This document shows positions 40,208 to 53,740 of a stretch of DNA of 64,000 nucleotides, piece after piece. The position numbers and the translations under genes were made by a program. The stretch's first letter is position 1; each line of letters opens with the position of its first letter. Source of the DNA: Octopus bimaculoides (taxonomy: Eukaryota); the NCBI RefSeq assembly GCF_001194135.2, contig NC_069002.1:19163333-19227332 (forward strand), in the 5' to 3' direction. The notes under the pieces were generated by a model. The model had not been told where the DNA came from. It was given only the letters and a program-made list of their open reading frames with translations, and searched no databases.

Positions 40208-41494
40208 CATACATACATAATATTCAACGTTGGTAGCAACTACCGCTAATTGTGTTTATTCAAATTCTTCCGAAAAGAAAATGATGTCTTTGAAAAAACA
40301 GTTAATTTTTTGCGTCTCTAGGTGGGGCATAATGCCAATAAAAATGAAAATAAACACACGCACGGGTTCAATATCACTTCGTTATTTTACCAACTAACTA
40401 TACAATGGTGCGTTTAATAATTGCTTGTTAGTTTTCTGGCAGAGTCCTTTCGTCACTAATCGCGGACTCATCAATGACATACCTTCATACTTCAAGCTCT
40501 GCAATGCGTTTGTCTGAGAACTAGTCTTATGCCTATCTGTGTATGTGTATAGTTAGGTAGGTATCTTGCAAACCAAATAAAAAAAAGGAATCAATGAATC
40601 AACAACTCTTCTTTGAAATTCCTGTTGATGTTTCACTTCGAGTTAAGTCTCTTCATTCGTCTTCTCTTTCTTTCACTCCTTTATATTCATACGCATACAT
40701 ACAGCCATGTAAGCTTGCAAACACATACATACTTAAACAGTATCACATGCACAATACCATACACAAGCACCGGCAACCATACAACACTTGCGCATAAATG
40801 TGTCCATGTTTTTAAGTAATATATGTCTCCATATTAAAGACGACTGTTGAATTCAAAGTTTTGGCGTCACTGTCTTTGAGACGGTGATAAAAATACACTT
40901 AGGAACTCCAAAGTTCACATACATGTTGTAGTAAAAGAGGAATAATTACTAAGATTTATATGTGTGCGCGTGTATGTATGTGCTTGTGTGTGTATGTGTG
41001 TGTGTGTGTGTGTGTTTGTGTGCGTGCGCACGCGCGCGTTTAAATATGTATCATGGATCGCGACATTGTCATGGACGCCAAAGTGAAAAGCCGACCGAAG
41101 AAATTTCTTCTTGGGTGTTCATTATTCCAGTAATCTGTTCATAGAGGAGATATTACAATTTTTTGAGATTCGTATTTTTGTTTGTAATTTTTGGTTTAAG
41201 GCCGTACTTATTTCTTGTCACTTGATCTTTTCTTTTTCTTTACGCAAAAACATATTTTTCAGCCTCATAGGTTTTCTTCAAAAATTGTGTCCTTGCAGCA
41301 AGCTTAAATCTATTTTTTATCCAGGCAAAAATTCAGGAACATAAAATCCTGCGATAAACTAATAAAAATAAGATTAATGTGAAAACATTGTAGTGTCGTC
41401 CTCTGGATTTTCTCTGATGGTATTAAAGGCATTATCTGGAAGGAGAAGTGTTTAGTCGATTATTTAACAGATGGGATTAAGATTTCTGTAATAT

Positions 41495-41670
41495 ATACGT
41501 GCGGCAGTAAGGCGCCGTTAGCACCGGAAAAAATTGTTGGTTGCATCTTATCTGTCTTTTCGTTCCAAGTTCGAATTCAGCTGAGGTCGACTTTGTCTTC
41601 CATCCTTTCGGGATCGATAAATTATGAAACAATCGCCGTTGATGTAATCGACCTACCCGGCTTCTCCGAA
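41495..41670 (+). mobile_element. SINE family B copy
   Basis: gttcgaattcagctgaggtcgactttgtcttccatcctttcgggatcgataaatta. Confidence 0.8.
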
Positions 41671-44402
41671 CTTGTTGACTTTGTGCCAAAATTCAATGTC
41701 CCCTCATTTGTGGGTCACACATAACATTCACAGGCCATTACAGTCAATGCATTCCTTTGAAATATTTAGCACATGAAAATTTTGATATGAATAAATAATT
41801 ATTTCAGTGAAGAAATAATTTTCACATGAAAACGATACTTAGGAATAAAATTTATTCCTGCTATTTGGCATCATAATTAAAATTATATTTGCATCGTTTT
41901 GGCTCACGATATTTTTTTAAATTTCAGTGACTTGGCCAGAGGTTTTCCACTGACCAGATATCCGGACTGAATGCTGCTAACTGAGGGGATTCCACTAAAG
42001 GGAGCTAAGGACCAGATTATTTTGGTTAATCTGGCGTCAAGATTTGGAGCGGTAACACTCTTTGGGTTTTGTACAATTCACTCCACCACCACCGCTACCA
42101 CCACCACCACCACCACGGCCGCCGCCTCCGCCACCTCCACCACCAAATTTATTCAACCTTTGGTCATTTCAGATTTCATCAGAATATTCTCGCTTCGCAA
42201 TAGGATTGAAACGCGCATCACGCCATTGAGAAGCCCTGACGCAAACATGTCTTCGACACTTTTTGCTGGCACATAAACAGCCATCAAGACGATAGACGCC
42301 GACGGACTTTGTTCTTAAATAAAACATATATATATATATTGATACATTTAGAAATTGTTCCTTCGAAACGAAAACATAAAGAAAGATGATAGATAAGATT
42401 AGGTTCAATTCTTGTTATTTAACATCATCGAAATAGTTATGTAGAATTTTGATGGCATTAGAAACCTTGTGGCAAAAACAAAAGCAAAAAACAACAACAA
42501 AAACACGGCTAAAGAAGATGAATTCGACGTGATTAGTGTTCATTAAAGAAATGAAAAAGTGAATAGTTGCTCATTAGGAATGAAGCTGTATGTTTTCATT
42601 TCTAAGCACTGAAGTCAGCTGAAGCAGAATGATTATAGGATTCCAACAGTAAACAAGCAAGAAATTACTCCTGTCGTTCCAATGTGTATGACTGGTACCT
42701 ATGTGTAGGTGAAATGTTAAGATTTTAGTCAACTTGAATGCAAAATACATTATATCTAATGAAGTAATTAATTACGAAAAATTCATGTCTTGATAAGTAA
42801 TAATTATGTTGGAACTCTTTCAGTTGTTTAGGTATAGTTTTACTTAGCAAATCTATGAACAAACGCGCCCTAACCATGAACCCCGCCGCCCCTTTCTTTC
42901 AGATATTTGATAACTTCATTATGCAAAATAGACACCAGATTGCAACAAGAATTAATATTGATTTGTATTACTATATAAAGAATATGAATAGTTTAAATGT
43001 GGAATAACTTCGTTGCTCGTAAATCGGAGGAAATTCAACGCTTCATCCTTCGTTTGCCGTTTCGAAAGATGTTTGTCATATTTCAAAACCAGTATTTGAT
43101 ATTCAATGGAACTATACTTAACGACCATCATGGCAGAAAAATCCAGTGACCTAACGGTGTATCAGAAATTTGTATATTTCAAGTGGAAACCAGTGACATA
43201 CTGACTACGAGACGTTCATGGTAGCTATCAAGGAAGGCTGATCACTGCGTCGTTGTTGTCTTAGGCAGTTTGTAGAGATCAAACTATTTCTTTTGACGTG
43301 TCAGTAATAATCTCTCTAATTTTATCTGCATTGTCCATTGGTTTCTGTTTATATGATAAAGTCTGGAGAGTGGGTCAATGAGTTTCCAATGGGGTCCCTC
43401 CGCTGGGTTGGTATTCTTCCATTTGTGTCCTCAGCCTGTGTAATGTTGTCGCTTTCGTGCACCAACAGTACGAAAGAGGAAATATAGAACACTCCTCCTA
43501 CCGAAACCACGTTTTCAGGGAATCATGGATTCAGAGATGTGGTATTATCTAATGCTACTGGAGGGAGATGCTTCCCATAGTTAGATGAGGAAGAGAGAGA
43601 AAGAAAATGGAGAGAGAATAGTGAAGAATATTTGAGAGGGATCAGAAGGTTATATTTACTGAAGATAACGGCTGGAGCAAAAAGTGAGGAACGTTCCAAT
43701 CTAACTCAATCGCTTATCTATGTTTCGTTCCACTGTGTAACTATATATTCTCTAATATTGAAATCCCCTCTAACTGAATTCATTAAATATTTCTGCGTGC
43801 AAATAGTAGGAAGGAAACAGGAATAATTATTCTTCTCTATGTTTGTCCCAAAGAACTGCAGCTATGCATTAATAATGTGTAGTCAACAACAAAATTTCTT
43901 GGACAGATTATTACTGACACACTGAAAGAAATAGCTAACATACTATATTTTGTATTATTATTTATATAATTTTTGTAGAGAACGATTGTGGCTAGCATTT
44001 AATATTTCAGCTGCGGATAATTTATTCATAGGCAACTAAAAAACCATTGTTAATTAGTGGCATATTTTACCTTTATTAGCTGCAGAAATTATCGAACATT
44101 AATAGGATACGATACCGCAGTTACAACATTTAATGGCGGAATTCTGTTCGAGCGCCCAATTAAATATTCCGTCACTAAACTGAATGTACATATGGTTTTC
44201 AATACGCTTTTATAAATATTTAATGGTATTTTATAAATATTTTTTGATAGATAATATATTTCAGTGTAAATAAAGTAAATATTTCTACGAAAAATAGCTA
44301 GATGCATGGTATATATTATAATACATTCATATTTTTATATTATGCTTATGTGCGCGCACACGCTCGCGCGCGCGCACACACACACACACACACACATTTA
44401 TA

Positions 44403-45493
44403 CACAGTTTAAATAATTGTAAAGTAGGTGTTAATTAAAATACATTTCATTCTCAAAATTTAATAGAATCTACAGATATTATTTAATCATTTTGTCAACG
44501 ACTCTTTTCAAACTGACGTCCGTTCTGCTCCAGGCACTGCTGACAACGCGAAGCAATGGAATCGCAAACATTACAAAACAATTCATTTGGTATTTGTGTG
44601 CATTCTCGTTCAATGGCTTCCCTCAAATCAGCGACTGTTGCAGGCTTCATACCCTAGACTTTGTCTTTTGGGTATCCCCATAAAAAAAAGGAAAGCCTAG
44701 TGGTATGAGGTCTGGTGAACGCGGAAGGTGTTCAACAAAACCTATTCGTTCAATCCACCTGTTTGGCAAGATTTCATCAACGAATGGTCTTGCTGAAAAT
44801 AAAAATCTTCATTTTCAAAGTCTTCCCTAATGCTTGGCATGACAGACTGTTGCAGCAAGTTCAGGTAAACGGGACCAGTCACAGTAGTGTCAAAAAAGAA
44901 TGGTCCAATTAATCCTCTTGATGATAAGCCACACCACACTGCAACGCCTGTTAAATTAACATGCGGATTCTCAGGTCCCAGTAGGTACAATTGTGGCAGT
45001 TGATTGACCCATTTAATTTGAATGTGGTCCCATCACTCCACACGATCTTTGTTGGAAAGTGTGCATCTTCTACACATCATGCCAAGTACCACTCATAATA
45101 CTGCACTCTTTGGTCTGGATCAGCGTCTTTAATAGCATGGACTAATCTTGGAACGCAACTTTTCCATTCACAACGTTTCAAAATGCGCTGGAAGACGATT
45201 TTGAAATACCAACCTCGCGACTCACTTCTAGCACAGATTTTCTTGGACTTTGGTGATACGTTTCCAGCACTACTTCTTGCTTTGTGAGGGTTGTCAATGT
45301 TCGTGGTCTTCCGGAACGCTTCTAAACAGTTCCATCGGACATTCTGAACAGTTCCATCGGCTTCAAACTTTTCTCTAATTCGAGTGATGATAAGTTGTGT
45401 TAGGTTATTACATGTTATTCTTCCAAATCATCTCATCAATTTTGTTCTTTTTTTATGTGAGTACTTTATACATACATATCTGTACCCACTGTG
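44403..45493 (-). mobile_element. Tc1/mariner-superfamily transposon, near full length, inactivated
   Basis: [47 protein letters not shown] and PRSPDLIPL; both ends begin TA|CACAGT; a short internal duplication at ~45326-45361. Confidence 0.88.
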
Positions 45494-45739
45494 TATTTCA
45501 TGCGTGTATATATGAATGTATTTTTACATATATGCATATATTGTCGCTTTGTGTATATATTAGTACTTAGAAGTGTATATCATGAATGTGTATGCGTGCA
45601 TATGAGTATATACACGCATGTATGTATATATATATATATATACATATATAGGAGAAGAAAATGGATATAACAATAATGGGAAACTCGTGGTTTTCGCTGG
45701 TATGTCTTTAATTAAATAGATAACAAAGAAGGAAGAAGC

Positions 45740-46100
45740 AGAGATGAGGGTATCATTTACGATCGTTTCAATTTATTGGTTTAAGTAAATCTCTTCAGAA
45801 TGCGAATATAGATAGATGCATCGGTTACGCCTGCCCTGTCACCCTCTCCGGCTAACTCGCCCCTGGCGCTAAACCTCCACCACTTCGACCTACGAACGTC
45901 TTATTTGAGAGTGGGGTGGTGGGGTGGTCGCCTTAATTTGCAACTAAATAATACTCACCCCACCCTAATTACAGAACAAAACTAACCAATCTACCACAAG
46001 CAAACCTCTACCTAGCGAATTTACCAGCGCAAGGCGAAAAATTTAATGTAAGAATTACCATCTTGCTTACATTAACATCACATATGTATCAATTATTTTC
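45740..46100 (-). mobile_element. Penelope-like terminal repeat, inferred from its hammerhead
   Basis: GC-richer unique block ending in a canonical minimal hammerhead; no coding part seen. Confidence 0.45.
45754..45802 (-). ncRNA. Minimal type I hammerhead ribozyme motif
   Basis: CATT-CTGAAGA-GATTTA(loop)TAAATT-GAAA-CGATCG-TA-AATG: intact core, GUA cleavage triplet, palindromic ACGATCGT stem III. Confidence 0.75.
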
Positions 46101-46794
46101 GCATCCTAACTGATGCATCTACCTATATTCGCATTCTATTTATATTCACATTCAACATAGTAGTTGAAGTAACGATACCAGGGAGTTGGATGATTATAAC
46201 AGTAAAAAAGAGACTTGAGGTTACCTGATACAAAGTATTAATGCTACCACACACCATTTAAGGATGGTCTATGTCTGCAGACTGCAAAAATTCCCTGGAC
46301 AGCCAGACATTTAGTTTTTAACTTGCAGAGTTGTAATGATCTGGATTATTTTTGGATCGATGACAAGACTTGTATTTCGGCTGGACATGTATATAATTTA
46401 GATCCTGTCTTAACTATGCGGTTGACTCCACCCCGAAGAAGTGGCAACTAACAATAAGTGCACATAAAGATACAAAGTTTGCAGTGTAGATTAGTTAATT
46501 ACAGCAGAAATATGCGTAGGTGCAGAAACGGAGAGAAGTAATTAACTGCTGAATAAAACTGGATACAAATTTCTATTCACCTTTATTATAAATTCATTAT
46601 TTTCTCTGCCGGAAACATGCAGTCTCAATAAAAACATGGATCTACCGATTTGATGATAGACTGAGGAGAGTCAGTCAAACTAACTGCAGTGATTTTTTTA
46701 CACCCAGGAAGGTTAGTCAGCATTAATAACCGATAAATGCGACTACGATACCCACTTGGATTCTATATCCCTGCCAACCAAAGTTTGTAAATAC

Positions 46795-46829
<35 letters not shown>

Positions 46830-46830
46830 A

Positions 46831-46870
<40 letters not shown>

Positions 46871-47011
46871 GTGCGTGCGTGTGTATGTGTAGTATCTATA
46901 TATGTATATATATATATGTGTATATAGATATATTTATACACACACATACATATATACATAATATACACATACCTACCTACACACACACACNNNNNNNNNN
47001 TATATATATAA

Positions 47012-47056
<45 letters not shown>

Positions 47057-47159
47057 CGTGCGTGTGTATGTGTAGTATCTATATATGTATATATATATAT
47101 GTGTATATAGATATATTTATACACACACATACATATATACATAATATACACATACCTAC

Positions 47160-47198
<39 letters not shown>

Positions 47199-47303
47199 TG
47201 TATGTATATAGATGAAAACATGAAAATGAGTGAGTGGGTTTTAAGCTGCAGATATGTATTTGGCTAAAAATGACAAATAAGTTGCCGTTGTAGATACTAT
47301 AAT

Positions 47304-47480
47304 TGAGGCGGTGAGCTGGCTGGACTGTTAGCCAGCCGGACAGAACCGGCAGCAAACCAACCAGTGTTTACGATCTGAATTCAAATTCTGCCAAGATTTT
47401 GCCTTTCGAAGTCGATGAAGTAAGTACTACAGTAGTTGATGTTCTCGATTGTCCCTGTTCCACAAATTTGTGTCCGCAAA
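47304..47480 (+). mobile_element. SINE family B copy, degenerate
   Basis: aggcggtgagctggc..gttagc..gaattcaaattctgcc..ttgcctttcgaagtcgat. Confidence 0.7.
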
Positions 47481-48769
47481 ATTTGTATCTATAGGGTGAA
47501 AGGGATATCAAATAACATACGAGATAAATTTTTCATTTATTTTTATTCAATTCGCTTCTATTTAGGATAAATCTATAGCCATGTGACAAATGGTATCAAC
47601 TCCAAATAACAAGGGGAGACAATCACAAGAAACAATAATTTTCCGAAGTTGCAACGCATTTAAGGAAAAGACAATCCTATTGGAGACAGAAAGACAGTAT
47701 CACCGGTCTCTACTGCTGGTTTGCTTTCCCGAGATTACCGAGGCTTTAGAAGTGAAAGCAAGAGCTTTTCTGGTGCTTACAACTGTGTTACCTCAGGCAA
47801 ACTTAGAATTCTAAGTAGGTGGGGGTCTATAGTTTCAAGATATCTTGTTGAACGCTCTGACATTTCCACTGCTTTACAGTTCCAAATTGGGACTTTGTTT
47901 CATCTATACTATAAGGCAAGATTTGAACTCAGTAACTACTTAGACGCAACCAATACCGTTAGTTATTACTTCTAACGGTCTCACTGTTCTGCCAAAAGCA
48001 GTGATGCAAATGGTAGTGAGGAATCTTTAAGAACTGAGAATTAGCGAAAATGTTAGTGACTATAACGATGTTATGAAGATCGCTATGATATAGGAAGATA
48101 GAAAGTAAATTAATTAAACTTCAGTCATTAATTAGAGAGACAGGAAAACTGCTAATTAAATTCATGATGAGTATATTAGTAATTGATCAGCAATGGTGGT
48201 GGTGGAAGGACTCATATTTTGTTCATTAAAAATTTGGAACCTATCTAACCTGGCAAGCTATACTCTCATCTTTATTCCCCTGGAATATAAATGTTGAGCG
48301 TTGGCATATGATGGCGTGATATTGTCTTCGAATCGTTAATGTGATGCCCTACAAAGAAAACAACCAACGGCTGGAATCCCAGCAACTGAGCATTGTATGG
48401 GTGACGACTGCTTCGTCATTGGTGCAGTAATGAGACAGTTTTGACTTGTTGCACTCAGTGGAAATATAATTAGATATATTCTGTATGCTATATACTCTAG
48501 ATATACATTTAAGCTGATGACAACATTTGTGAGTCATGAATTATATATATTTTATGATGGTCACCACCACCACTTTGGGTACTACTACCTAAACATTTGT
48601 TAACCTATTCTTTATTGCAAATAATTTTATTGAATTCTGCTCAGCTTTACAAGGATAAAAGAAAAACATTGAATTTCTTGAAACGTAAAGGCAAAACTAA
48701 ATATACTGCATAGCCATTGATACAACTAATGTTTCTACAGCTACTGCGAGTACTTTTAGTGGATGGTTA

Positions 48770-48932
48770 AATCGATACTGTTGACCCCACAACATAACTG
48801 GCACTTTATTTTATCGATCCCAGTATGATGAAAGTTGACCTCGGTAGGTTTTTTTACTAAAAAAGAACATATCTCTTCCAAGTGGAAATAGACATTTTCA
48901 AAGTGCTAACGATTCAGTCAATTCACCGCCTT
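48770..48932 (-). mobile_element. SINE family B copy
   Basis: actggcactttattttatcgatccc..gatgaaagttgacctcgg..ctaacgattc..tcaccgcctta. Confidence 0.7.
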
Positions 48933-48998
<66 letters not shown>

Positions 48999-48999
<1 letters not shown>

Positions 49000-49677
49000 C
49001 AGAGAAAGTAAAGCCAATAGCCAGATACAGTTGTCGGAGATCATGAAGAAAAAAAAAATGCTTTCTAATTGATGACAACGTTTCTCTAAAAGAAATGGAG
49101 AAACTTTCTTTTAGAGAATGGAGAAATGAAGTCGGCGAGCTGGCAGAAACGTTAGCATGCCGGATGAAATGCTTAGCGGTATTTCGTCTGCCGCAACGTT
49201 CCGAGGTTGACTTTGCCTTTCATCTTTTCGAGGTCGATAGATTAAGTACCAGTTACGCACTGGGGTTGATGTAATCAACTTAATCCCTTTGTCTGTCCTT
49301 GATTGTCCCCTCTATGTTTAGCTCCGTGTGGGCAATAAAGAAATAAGAAATGGAGAAACTTTCAAAATACAAAGACCTGGAAATAGAGGTAACTCGAATG
49401 TGGAATCTAAAAATAGAAACAATTCCTATCATAGTAGGTGCCTTAGGTATGATAAAAGAATATTCAGACAAATACATGACAAAAACACCAGGACTTACAC
49501 ATATATATAACATACAGAAAATTGCACTACTAGGCACTGCACGCATCCTACTTCAAACACTTTCAATACAGTAACCATAAGAGCACCACATCAAACCACA
49601 GCACATACCCAAGGCACACAGAGCTGCGCTCGGGAGTGAAGTGAAAGCACGATATAAAAATAAGACTACTGAATAAT
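48999..49677 (+). mobile_element. R4/Dong-like 3' fragment (RLE) interrupted by a SINE
   Basis: KCFLIDDNVSLKEMEKLS / KYKDLEIEVTRMWNLKIETIPIIVGALG..IQKIALLGTARIL; preceded by (AAT)n(GAT)n. Confidence 0.9.
49109..49344 (+). mobile_element. SINE family B with a 19-bp target-site duplication
   Basis: aagaaatggagaaactttc at 49090-49108 and 49345-49363; head ggcgagctggcagaaacgttagc. Confidence 0.9.
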
Positions 49678-50172
49678 TTGTTGTAACCCCCGTCGGTCAT
49701 GAATAACCACGGGACTGCACCTAGAAAGTTACCCTCCGAGGCACAAGTCTGGGCAAGGTTGTTTATGGAAGACCAGTTGTCGCCCATGCATACCAGCCTC
49801 CTCTCCCCACGCCACCGGTGTTATCCAAGGGAAAGGCAAAGGCCGATACATCTTGGCACCAGTGATGTCGCAGCTCATTTATTAACATGCAAGTGGCTGA
49901 GCACTCCAAAGACACGTATACCTTTAACGTAGTTCTCGGGGAGATTCAGCGTGACACAGAGTGTGACAAGACTGGCCCTTTGAAATACAGGCACAACAGA
50001 AACAGGAAGTAAGAGTGAGAGAAAGTTGTGGTGAAAGAGTATAGCAAGGTTCACCACCACATCCTGCCGGAGCCTTGTGGAGCTTTAGGTGTTTTCGCTC
50101 AATAAACACTCACAACGCCCGGTCTGGGAATGGAAACAGCGATCCTACGACCGCGTGTCTGCTGTCCTAACC
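49678..50172 (-). mobile_element. Third tRNA-derived SINE family (C)
   Basis: Minus-strand head gtggttag..gtttccattccc (box A/B-like); flanked by actgaataat at 49668-49677 and 50173-50182. Confidence 0.75.
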
Positions 50173-50198
50173 ACTGAATAATAATAATGATAATAATA

Positions 50199-50305
<107 letters not shown>

Positions 50306-50639
50306 CACGTCAATATGCATAATAGAGAACCACTTCATAAACTCTCAAATACAATCCAAAATAGAAAATAAATTAAAATTTGAAACTATGTAAGTGTTAT
50401 ATCGCACGTTCGTATGGCGTGCCTTCGCCAATAACGTACCCCTACTCAACTACCGAATTCTCACTTCCGTCAACTCGACTCAACAGAACTCGACGTCTAG
50501 TCTACCCCACGGCCCCGGGTCGTTCCACGCGACACTTCGCTTCTACGACTAGCTGTTATAACTTCCTCCATCATTTATACGTATTGGATTAGCCTACTTA
50601 TCGTCTGGGAGCGTGCACACAACAGTAACAAAGGAAATT

Positions 50640-51874
50640 ATACATGAATTGAAACCAGATCTCTTACGAAAACCAAATTATTTGCGCAGCTGCTAAGACA
50701 ATTGAAACCAGTTGTTTGCGCCTCTGAAAAAAAAAACAAAAAATACAAACCTGAGAAAAATTACAAACTGGAAAAGTAAAATTGAAATAGTGAAAGGTGA
50801 AATGTCAATATTGAATGAACTAATCAGTGGAAACGATGAAAAAACTAGAAAAGAAGGAAGATGAAGAGAAAACATAGATTCTCATCAAGAGAAGAACTGT
50901 TTTCAGCAAAAGAAACACTGCACAGTCCAAACAAAATCTCGAAGTATACGAAGATTTGAGAAGAGAAACAAGTTTTACGAGCAAAATAAACTGTTTACAT
51001 CCAATGCGAGAATATTCTACAGAGAACAAGGGAAGGAGAAAATAACTGTTGAAGACCTCCCTCCTCCCACGGAAGAATTTGAAAACTTTTGGAAATATAC
51101 CTGGAATGATAAAAAGACTGACAATGAAAAAGCAGACAGGATGAAACACACAGAAGGATCCTACCAAAACTTACCAGATCAAGCATGGGAAGACATCACA
51201 ATAGCAGACTTAAGGATGACATATGTGAAGGCTCGTAAGTGGAAAGCTCGCATCGCTCACGTGCGCACACGAACAGTTAGTCCAGTTACTCTATGAAATT
51301 AGGAGAAATCCTACCTGATTGGTTAGCAAGAGATATTACTTACCTACACCAGAAGAATGATGAAACCAATTTTCCTCAAAGCTATCGGACCATAACATGA
51401 CAAAGTGAGTGACGACGAGGCTGATATGAATGCAAAGACCAACTCTTAATCAATCGCATGATTCTTCAGAACTGTCATAACAAATTTAGAAATCTCAGTT
51501 CCGCATGGATTGATTATAAAAAGGCCTTTGACAGCATAACGCATTCGTGAATCTTGAAATCGCTGGATATCTTCAAAATTTCTCCTGTGATTTCAAACTT
51601 ACTGAAGCACAATATGTCAGTGTCAATGAATAAGATCGCAGTAGTCATAATAATTGTTGGAGCCCTGGGAACAGTGAGTAAAAATCTTCAGAAGTACATG
51701 GAACGAATAGCGGCTGCATTAAGGGTGGAGCACTTGCAGAAAACAGCACTGTTTTGAACCGCTCGAATACTTCGGAAGGTGCTCGAGAAATAAGGGGCGT
51801 TACCTTAGTTCACTGGTAGGGAACAGCTAGCACCGTAGTACGTCTTCTGCATTAGAAGCTGTGCAAAGTCAATA

Positions 51875-51875
<1 letters not shown>
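50640..51875 (+). mobile_element. R4/Dong-like element, large internal deletion, (AAT)n tail
   Basis: KLFTSNARIFY..FENFWKYTW; PDWLARDIT..YRTIT; CKDQLLINRMIL..AWIDYKKAFDSITH; this joins directly to IIVGALGTVSKNL..LQKTAL..ILRKVLEK*. Confidence 0.9.
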
Positions 51876-51942
<67 letters not shown>

Positions 51943-52759
51943 TGATGATGATAATAATAAAAATAACAACAACAACAATAATAATAACATCAACAACAAC
52001 AATAATCATAATCTTAATGATAACGTCTGTTTATGCATAAAGATTTTACTTTGAGAAAGATAAATGGAAAAATTTCGCTTCTGTTCCAGTTTAGCATCGG
52101 GTGAAATAATTTCAGCGATGAATGCTAAGCGAGTCGTGATATCAGTTGGCAGGGAGCCGACATCTTCACCCTGCAGCGCTCATCACTGAATCCAGGGAAA
52201 ATTTGAGTCGTGATATGGAGACAGTGTTTAATTCATCTGGGTGCCGTGTTTATCGAGCGAAATATGAGCTCACCTCAAATTGAACGTCTTAATGTCAAAT
52301 AGGTTAACATTAAAGAATGAATAACATCTTTTGTTCATGTTATATCCTGTTGAGTAGGATTTGATGTCATGTACAGAAATCAAAGATATTGTGAAAAAGA
52401 TTACTGTGGGAATATGTGTATGTATAAATGTGTGCAATTACACACGCACACACACACACATTCACATCACATGCAAACAAATACACATACACACACTTAT
52501 ACATACGTATATATAATGCCGTGCGCTGTAATGTAATATATTAGTGAAATATAATCAAGTAGAATAGTTTACACTTTCGTTATGGACTGAAATATAATGT
52601 AATATTATAACAGGTAGGTTACAGCTGCGCGCGCGCACACGCACACTCACACACACACACACACACATGGCCTCAACACCATAAGCTCTCGCGGTCCATC
52701 GCCAAGACATGGCACCATAGGAATTGCCTTTACCAAAGCTTCTGGTTACCCCAGTAATA

Positions 52760-53510
52760 GTGAGTGAAATTCCAGGATATTCGAACTAAATTTGATAATT
52801 TTGACAGGAATGAAAACACAACACCTATTACGAAATTAAAAGGATTTTAAAAGATTCTAAAATATCAACTAGATTATAGCTGCAACATAATATTTTCCTC
52901 AAAGTAGCTGCCCTCAACCTTCAACACAGCCTCAACACGGTTTCAGAACCCTGCACCTGCTTTCCTCATTGCGTTCCGGACAAGATCTTCGAACAGCTCT
53001 TGATCTTGGCGTCCAGCTCGGCCTTAGTGTTTCAGGCAGCACAGTTGGCGTGTTTCTTTACTGCGCCCCACGTGTGTTAAATCATGGAATTACATTCGGG
53101 GGAATTAGGAGAAAAGAATTTGGTGATGTTGACATCACAGAAATTCTCAGACAACCACTTCTGAATTTTCCCGGAGGTGCAGCAAGGAATCGAATCCTGC
53201 TGCCAGAAATGCCACCATTTTGTACTAACCTTCTTAAGTCAACATTTGACCAGAGTCTCCAACAGCTTTACATATACATCTGAACTGAGCCTAAGGCCCT
53301 CTTCAAATTCGAGGGATGGCATGACATCCTCTTCATTGGAAACACACTTTCAAACCATGACAGTTTGGGGTAATTTGTTTTTCACGATGTCCCATGTCGC
53401 GATGTCCACGCCACGATGCCCATGCTACGATGTCCATACAGTGGTTTGGCATTTAGTTTCACATTACGAAGTAAAATATACTTCAGTGTTAAAGGCTGTA
53501 GGAAGTTGGT
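52760..53510 (-). mobile_element. maT-like transposase remnant
   Basis: VSNEEDVMPSLEFEEGLRLSSDVYVKLLETLVK..WQQDSIPC..QKWLSENF..FSPNSPECN. Confidence 0.85.
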
Positions 53511-53579
53511 GAAATAATGGTTGCTGCCTGGATGTGAACGCTATTTTTGTTGGTTCCTCTGCGTAGTCGATTCCGAGAG

Positions 53580-53740
53580 AATGATGAACATATCACCCCG
53601 ATACCTGATTTTGAATTGATTTACTGACCCTGCAGAGACAACGTACAGAATTTCGTCTCGGTGGCATTAGAATTCAGAGCGCAAGAATGATTATCACAAT
53701 ATATTCTATCCTGCGCTTTAACGAATCTGCCAGTTCACCT
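53580..53740 (-). mobile_element. SINE family B, degenerate
   Basis: gatttactgaccctg..gaattcagagcg..taacgaatctgccagttcacc. Confidence 0.55.

Noticed and set aside
46333-46452. Plus-strand 40-codon frame after a ttgcag acceptor (also similar frames near 31450-31520 minus and 63259-63363 plus)
   Set aside because: Such lengths are common by chance at this AT content, and no partner exons or donors support them.
46800-47200. Apparent ~190-bp tandem duplication
   Set aside because: Near-identical copies either side of a 10-N gap; an unmerged contig overlap or haplotypes.
47792-47863. Minus-strand MSERSTRYLETIDPHLLRILSLPE|gtaaca candidate exon
   Set aside because: Good donor but no credible acceptor or promoter context; only 24 codons.
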